Both the position numbers and the translations under genes were made by a program. A DNA stretch of 32,454 nt. Origin: a virus. Lineage: Duplodnaviria > Caudoviricetes. The notes below the pieces were generated by a model that was not told the origin of the DNA, made no database searches, and saw only the letters and a list, made by a program, of their open reading frames with translations. The stretch covers positions 1 through 32,454 of the IMG/VR virus record IMGVR_UViG_3300012953_000109; one strand, given 5' to 3'. Positions 29,401 through 32,454 of this stretch are shown one piece after another. The stretch's first letter is position 1. Each line of letters begins with the position of its first letter.

Positions 29401-32400
29401 AGAATATGCCGAAGACCAAATGGACTTCTCCACAAGTAAAAAAGTTTTTAAACAATATAGCAGACGCTAAGTTCTATAAAGATTTCTATACTGTAAAACA
29501 ACCGGATGATATCAGAATGGTTTTGGATAATGTAATCCAAATGATTAATAAACAAAACACTAGAGATTCATTTAGTGTTTTTGACAAACTACTTGGAACT
29601 AAACTTAAAGTAAAAGCTAGTACAAGATTTAAAGGAAAGTTTTTACCCAACTTGCAAGATGCTATAAATAAGTTAAAGAACAATATCATAAACACCAACC
29701 CAACAAATGAAGAAGATGTAACGGCTATAAACAATAAGATTACAGAACTTAGAAAGGAGTTTGATAAGATTAAAAATAAGAATGTATATACAGTAGATGA
29801 TGAAATTAATCTTGAAACTTTACAAATAGCCATATTGTATAACGAAGCAAGGTTGATGGAAGACACAAATCCACACAAATCTTCTACACTAGATGAGGCA
29901 TCTACATTGTTAAAAGAACTTTTTGTTCAGGGTCGTCAACAGTTCAAGGCTGACATGGAACAAAGAAGGTTGAGATACAATGAGCAAAAAAGAAAATTAT
30001 ATAAAGATGTTTCAGGGCTTGACAATGACTTTAATGACAAGAAGCAAACCAATGATGCACTTAGAAAACTAAACAACATATTAAAAAGGATTGACAATAA
30101 AACTTTAACTAAGTACGCCAACAAATTAGCTGCTGCATTCAAAAGCTTTTTTGCCGGAAATATGGGTATAGATGTTCTCTCCGAACAAATATCTAGAGAG
30201 TCGACCGATATATATAGCACAGAAGCAAACAAGTTAATATACGACCCTATATATAGAGCTAGACTTGAAAGAGACAAAGGAGTGGTTTATATGCAGGATT
30301 TAATTCGTTCCAAAATGGAAGAGTATTTTGGTAAAAATTATGAATTGATATTAGATGACTTCAGTAAAGTCACAATTAATTTCGAAGCCAATCCAAAAAG
30401 GGCTGCAGAAATAAAACAAAAACTAAAAACCCTTGACAAAAATTCCATAGAGTTTCAGCAGCTTACAAATGAATTGAATGATATGACTGTTCAACTCACA
30501 CAAAATCAAATGTTCTATATATATAATCAAGGGCTAGATACTGCTAACCACCCGGGTCTTCAAAACAATGAATTACTACAAGACAGTCAATTTGATTTGA
30601 ATGAATTGCTAAAACAAATAGATGTAAAATTAGACCCAAGAATAAGAAGATGGGCAGAGTGGCAGGTGCAAGAGTTTTTCCCTAGTGTATACCCAAGATA
30701 TAATTCTGTGTATAAAGATGTATACAGAACTAATATGCCATGGAACAGTAAGTATGCAGGAAGACTTCAAAGAACTTTAGACCAAGAAGAAATAGGTATA
30801 TTGGATTTGAAAGATATGAATAACAAAAAATATCAAACAAATATTGGTGGTCAATCTACTATAGCAAGGATAAATAATGCAGCACCTATACAGTTTGTTG
30901 ATGGGAACCAACAGTTGAGAAGATATATTCAAGACATGGAAAACTTCAGAGCATATGCTATACCACTTAGAGATGTCAATAAATTGCTGAATGAAGCTCT
31001 CATAAAACAAGCAATGAATTACAAAGTTGGGTTTGATATACATAATATGATTTACCAAAACTTACAGATGGTAGCCAATCCTTATGGTAAAAGGTCTACA
31101 GGACCGGTAGATAAGTTGTTTGATAAATTCTTTGACATCACCTCGGGGTTATATATATATAAAGCTTTGGCTGCGAACCCTACAATCATGCTGAAACAGT
31201 TCTCATCATCCATGGCTTTTGCTGACTACATAGGTTATAGAAATTGGTTTACTTATGGTACAAAAGAATTAAGAAATGGAATAGGTACTTGGAATAAAAC
31301 ATGGCAAGAAATGTACAAGAACTCACCTACCTTACAGCAAAGATATACAAGAAGGGATTTCGCTAGGATGTTTGAAGGGTATAATCAAAGACCAAGCAAA
31401 AGTGTTTTCGAAAAGCTTAATATAAAGCTTCCAAAAAACATCAACGAAAAGTTAAGTCGTAAAAAGATTGACCTTGCCCGAGTAGTCGATGCAATGATGT
31501 GGTTTGTTAAAACAGGAGATAAAGGTGGTGTTATGGGTAGCATACCTGCATACAGTTATTACAAAGACCAATTCAAAAAAAACAACCCACAGTCAACCGA
31601 CCAACAGGCAATAGATTTTGCATTAGACAAAGTAACCAAACAAATAATAACTACTCAGCAAGATTTTGATGCACTCAACAGAGACGCATATCAAAACAAT
31701 AGATATATGAGATTGTTTCAGTTGTTTACATCCTCGCCTAGAGCTTTGCTAAGGAGAGATATACAAAATATGGTAGGGTTGTACACTAAAATGATTAAGC
31801 TAGACCCAAACGCAGGTAAGGGTTCACTAGGTCAGAACTTAAGGGGTGTGTTTACTTATCACTTGTTATTACCTTTGACATTTCAATTCATTGCATCAGG
31901 CTTTCCCGGTATATCACGAGAGTGGAGAGACGAAGATGATTTTGATTTTATTAGGGCAGCTCTATTAGGGACTTTCAATTCAGCTTTTATAGTCGGTGAC
32001 CTTTTAACTTATATATTTGATTCGATATCCAACAAGCCGTGGGCAAAACCAATACGAAACATACCTATCCTTGACCAACTTCAAGCTTTAAATGATGACT
32101 ACACAAAATATAAGAATGCAGGGTCAGAGACAACTGCAGAGAAATATCAATTCAGAACTATGGTTAAGTTGGCTGAACTCTTTGGTGTACCTGCTAACAA
32201 CTTTGCTAAGTTCTATGACAACTATTCTAAAATATTATTCGGTGATGTCAAGAGTCCCGGAGAAGCTTTCTTGAGAATGTTCAACTATTCAGAATATCAA
32301 ATTTATGGTTATGAAGAATTAAAACGAAGAGCAAACACAAATACATCTTCTTCAAGACGAACAAGGAAAACAAGAAAAAGATATTCTAAAAAAGAAACAG

Positions 32401-32423
32401 AAGAATTTGATTGGTTACAGTAA
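23427..32423 (+). CDS. Giant polyvalent ejection protein (2998 aa) with a zincin-like metallopeptidase domain
   Basis: Uninterrupted 9-kb ORF. VYGGVVDGKVFLNP...AAIHEFGHIW...EEALATAIG zincin motif, glycine-zipper segment and helical, hydrophobic C-terminal region. Last gene of the tail block. Confidence 0.75.
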   Translation: MNEEAFQLLYNHAVSQGYRKSREEFLELLGSNKEAFDLSFQFATEEGYQKTPDEFAKLLGVTIPQEVPVVDNTIQNPQLQPELVEVAQDNTRVNLPPTLYPEIPGYQQPGLPDDFPTPEEFQQAQFRDAEERLAAEQKAKEQELEEKYTSEQANIEVVKSPDFQSALLNTNERIFDESIESGVGFLNNQFEDYNFMFKVDEGFFDDEITVMAENGNSLQFDTDELEAAKNFMKENATPKKEETEVTDEQYTALKVMNMRKGGLLDNGRVEAYGWETKQEGGKTIVYPTLFPKSPDSNYGTRRAYWLKLSGDEALEEAKKRNEVYTFDDSVEARDFVNGSWKDENTFELYSREYFDKNADGIDYKTYKQKFDEYEKIMNTLESFEELGVESGLDIEDAEDKLDEESIELLKDSNYFVDGKQVRVTKDIIEALEKKAEELSVVVQDEDLVKVREDIDYNYHQYWRDKSVRAARENQNMIKAQDALQVASLNKYGVRVENLGELDLQKPEEINDARALQLSYEAAAADRRMAADQFEIANMWYNDKFDKSVYREWEEGWSAVTNEWDKGWARGEAADIILQMGLGLENKDSKAMAIEISKALAESKRGGQARVLDRWQKARGGLFGRETLQVLKENPLDLGMQFMAYSLSQMLPYGAELLATNVGIGTTTGATIGAAGGTVAIPGLGTGVGAVGGGIIGAKSGLVTGGYMIGHAMEFTNAIIDTAEAYGYDMTNPDDVTKALVNEDVWGEGAALGHKRGIPIGIVNALSFGLAGNVIKVGRTASAFKKAGAFLAERVTFDPAMEATGEFLAQVVAGQDIDGKEIFAEGYGGLFSNAPAAAFSGFVNTLNNRTSKLSKDLSTPKGMLDESYNASDGRIYDWTKRMVKLKKITPELGQKIEIQLGNKQTAKGLLKGEKIKNKKTATLEIMKLLDEKSKLTNTPERKKIFKTKIKEIDARIAGIADGSIKVEPTKKTAPTYLIGKENFETKDKFMERINALTPEEINTTEIFIGNDNKTALEVNEIFNVKRDSEVDGKPKETPTVTTETTETTENLEVGVTPLSFTQSSKTSNFTYEENITDEAKADDEQTTGVKKVTFDFTKENKKTKKKRKGKGAAVPIEETRFKNFKEAIIKKENLEDFDIEVKEVKIVPKTTKSAAAGNTIFKLKIKKKSDGKGGFAPSTEIDIFITPEELAEASAITEENISPEVENELNALEELFKNNNPQFQVVSSNTRTQKIADLKEEAMRQMEALENIQEETFELTEPDTDVTVTPIEITQNTELANKIPRISLDEIIGKEANFLMADQLKVDEKNNLLGGPFFPLTSKNFGKVAWASIDKTAANKIIDGAVDSEISVVFNMGETAMDSNVVLTNLTIDKIIENPRLNNEEIIVEIKDRLASMVNTIVAVDKKNNRHIKGRPKFLEDLNKVNTLEDLKRFFAEDITSTEDRAKAIREVVASRKQSMPDTPSKVRMETAGLFIEDIRAEIREQFTDELPAGAMTMVVEVLDKQGNKVTEATKDQALIDRKEQKELGLTPHPNYPFFIRGRAVGLLEETVPVYTVAEPILDKIAAKNLNRVSMDSAKASGLRSLMMRASETFEVIPPTFTKYQKLLNLLSRAFPGIEVVSSQEAFNAMMENAYAKKLIVKGMMNRDGASVYGGVVDGKVFLNPKHDSMNAAIHEFGHIWLNTAKTARPDLYKKGLELVSDSPYMDEIKNNKAYQRIIKEMEKEGRSQEMIDNYIKEEALATAIGDKGESFILASKEKGFKVWLKKLFNYIKSLMGLSKRTKKDITNMTMDEFVEGVVVDLLSGEPVFAEFEANNLENSFQLMAKMDAKKSTMANIIMTARQLDISDAAIRLYLRKQGFKVVEINEAMKVDTDLFSSVPQMFGNIKGGMSVGMQVFGRVMAQVKKFAKKKNSTLSEVRAKAQEILKQQPEFQELNKTLQDDLLVALDKQLAIQKNLEVANDIKNMKERTRQQKLGARQLSELQRQMKSFIFKNMPKTKWTSPQVKKFLNNIADAKFYKDFYTVKQPDDIRMVLDNVIQMINKQNTRDSFSVFDKLLGTKLKVKASTRFKGKFLPNLQDAINKLKNNIINTNPTNEEDVTAINNKITELRKEFDKIKNKNVYTVDDEINLETLQIAILYNEARLMEDTNPHKSSTLDEASTLLKELFVQGRQQFKADMEQRRLRYNEQKRKLYKDVSGLDNDFNDKKQTNDALRKLNNILKRIDNKTLTKYANKLAAAFKSFFAGNMGIDVLSEQISRESTDIYSTEANKLIYDPIYRARLERDKGVVYMQDLIRSKMEEYFGKNYELILDDFSKVTINFEANPKRAAEIKQKLKTLDKNSIEFQQLTNELNDMTVQLTQNQMFYIYNQGLDTANHPGLQNNELLQDSQFDLNELLKQIDVKLDPRIRRWAEWQVQEFFPSVYPRYNSVYKDVYRTNMPWNSKYAGRLQRTLDQEEIGILDLKDMNNKKYQTNIGGQSTIARINNAAPIQFVDGNQQLRRYIQDMENFRAYAIPLRDVNKLLNEALIKQAMNYKVGFDIHNMIYQNLQMVANPYGKRSTGPVDKLFDKFFDITSGLYIYKALAANPTIMLKQFSSSMAFADYIGYRNWFTYGTKELRNGIGTWNKTWQEMYKNSPTLQQRYTRRDFARMFEGYNQRPSKSVFEKLNIKLPKNINEKLSRKKIDLARVVDAMMWFVKTGDKGGVMGSIPAYSYYKDQFKKNNPQSTDQQAIDFALDKVTKQIITTQQDFDALNRDAYQNNRYMRLFQLFTSSPRALLRRDIQNMVGLYTKMIKLDPNAGKGSLGQNLRGVFTYHLLLPLTFQFIASGFPGISREWRDEDDFDFIRAALLGTFNSAFIVGDLLTYIFDSISNKPWAKPIRNIPILDQLQALNDDYTKYKNAGSETTAEKYQFRTMVKLAELFGVPANNFAKFYDNYSKILFGDVKSPGEAFLRMFNYSEYQIYGYEELKRRANTNTSSSRRTRKTRKRYSKKETEEFDWLQ
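26543..26569 (+). repeat. In-frame 9-bp tandem repeat (GACTACTGA)x3
   Basis: Three exact copies encoding TTETTETTE in a linker of the giant protein. Confidence 0.85.
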
Positions 32424-32454
32424 TGCCGTTTAGAAAAATAGGAAAAAATAAAAA
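32423..32454 (+). CDS. Start of the next ORF (MPFRKIGKNK...), 3'-truncated
   Basis: TAATG stop/start overlap; the frame is open to the window end. Confidence 0.45.
   Translation, partial: MPFRKIGKNK

Larger units (their letters stand above)
1..32454 (+). mobile_element. Bacteriophage genome segment: packaging, head, tail and ejection module of a crAss-like (Crassvirales-related) podovirus, probable Bacteroidota host
   Basis: Densely packed co-oriented ORFs in the order terminase, portal, acidic scaffold-like protein, MCP, ring proteins, nozzle, large ejection proteins. No sheath or tape-measure gene and no host genes are seen. TAnnTTTG boxes and SD-less A/T-rich leaders are present. Confidence 0.88.

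Noticed and set aside
203-32274. Numerous minus-strand and short alternative-frame ORFs (e.g. 27245-28015, 22108-22614, 8576-8800)
   Set aside because: All lie within long plus-strand genes and mostly show the S/L/F/I-rich composition of antisense shadows; no independent signals.
1-32454. Stop-codon reassignment as in some crAss-like phages
   Set aside because: Genes are full length in the standard code. TAG (6934, 12756) and TGA (2283, 4502) end genes at sensible boundaries.
1-32454. CRISPR arrays, tRNAs, introns, DGR template/variable repeats, integrase
   Set aside because: Intergenic gaps are all under about 90 nt, and I saw no repeat-spacer pattern, cloverleaf, interrupted core gene, long near-identical DNA repeat pair, RT or recombinase.

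Overview
The window is a contiguous, all plus-strand virion morphogenesis module of an AT-rich tailed phage with crAss-like (Crassvirales-related, podovirus-type) gene order, very probably infecting Bacteroidota. The order is: 5'-truncated fibre/spike, small conserved ORF, tandem GroES-like protein, small ORF, large terminase, portal, putative scaffold, major capsid protein, conserved post-MCP protein, two small paralogues, two ring/tubular tail proteins, a nozzle/stabilisation protein that appears split in two, a cupin-like protein and three putative ejection proteins. The last of these is a 2998-aa polyvalent protein with an HEFGH zincin motif and no recognisable RNA polymerase motif. Host inference rests on TAnnTTTG (-7) boxes in four intergenic gaps and A/T-rich leaders without Shine-Dalgarno sequences. 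The most notable observations are: (1) apparent total absence, by eye, of GATC and of the non-palindromic CCAG/CTGG, and probably of GGCC, GCGC and CGCG; (2) a nozzle gene whose C-terminal part is a separate ORF, with Cys-rich repeat modules inserted in between; (3) a two-domain GroES-like protein; (4) a paralogous small-gene pair with its own promoter and terminator. All product calls come from motifs, synteny and recalled family knowledge; no searches were run.
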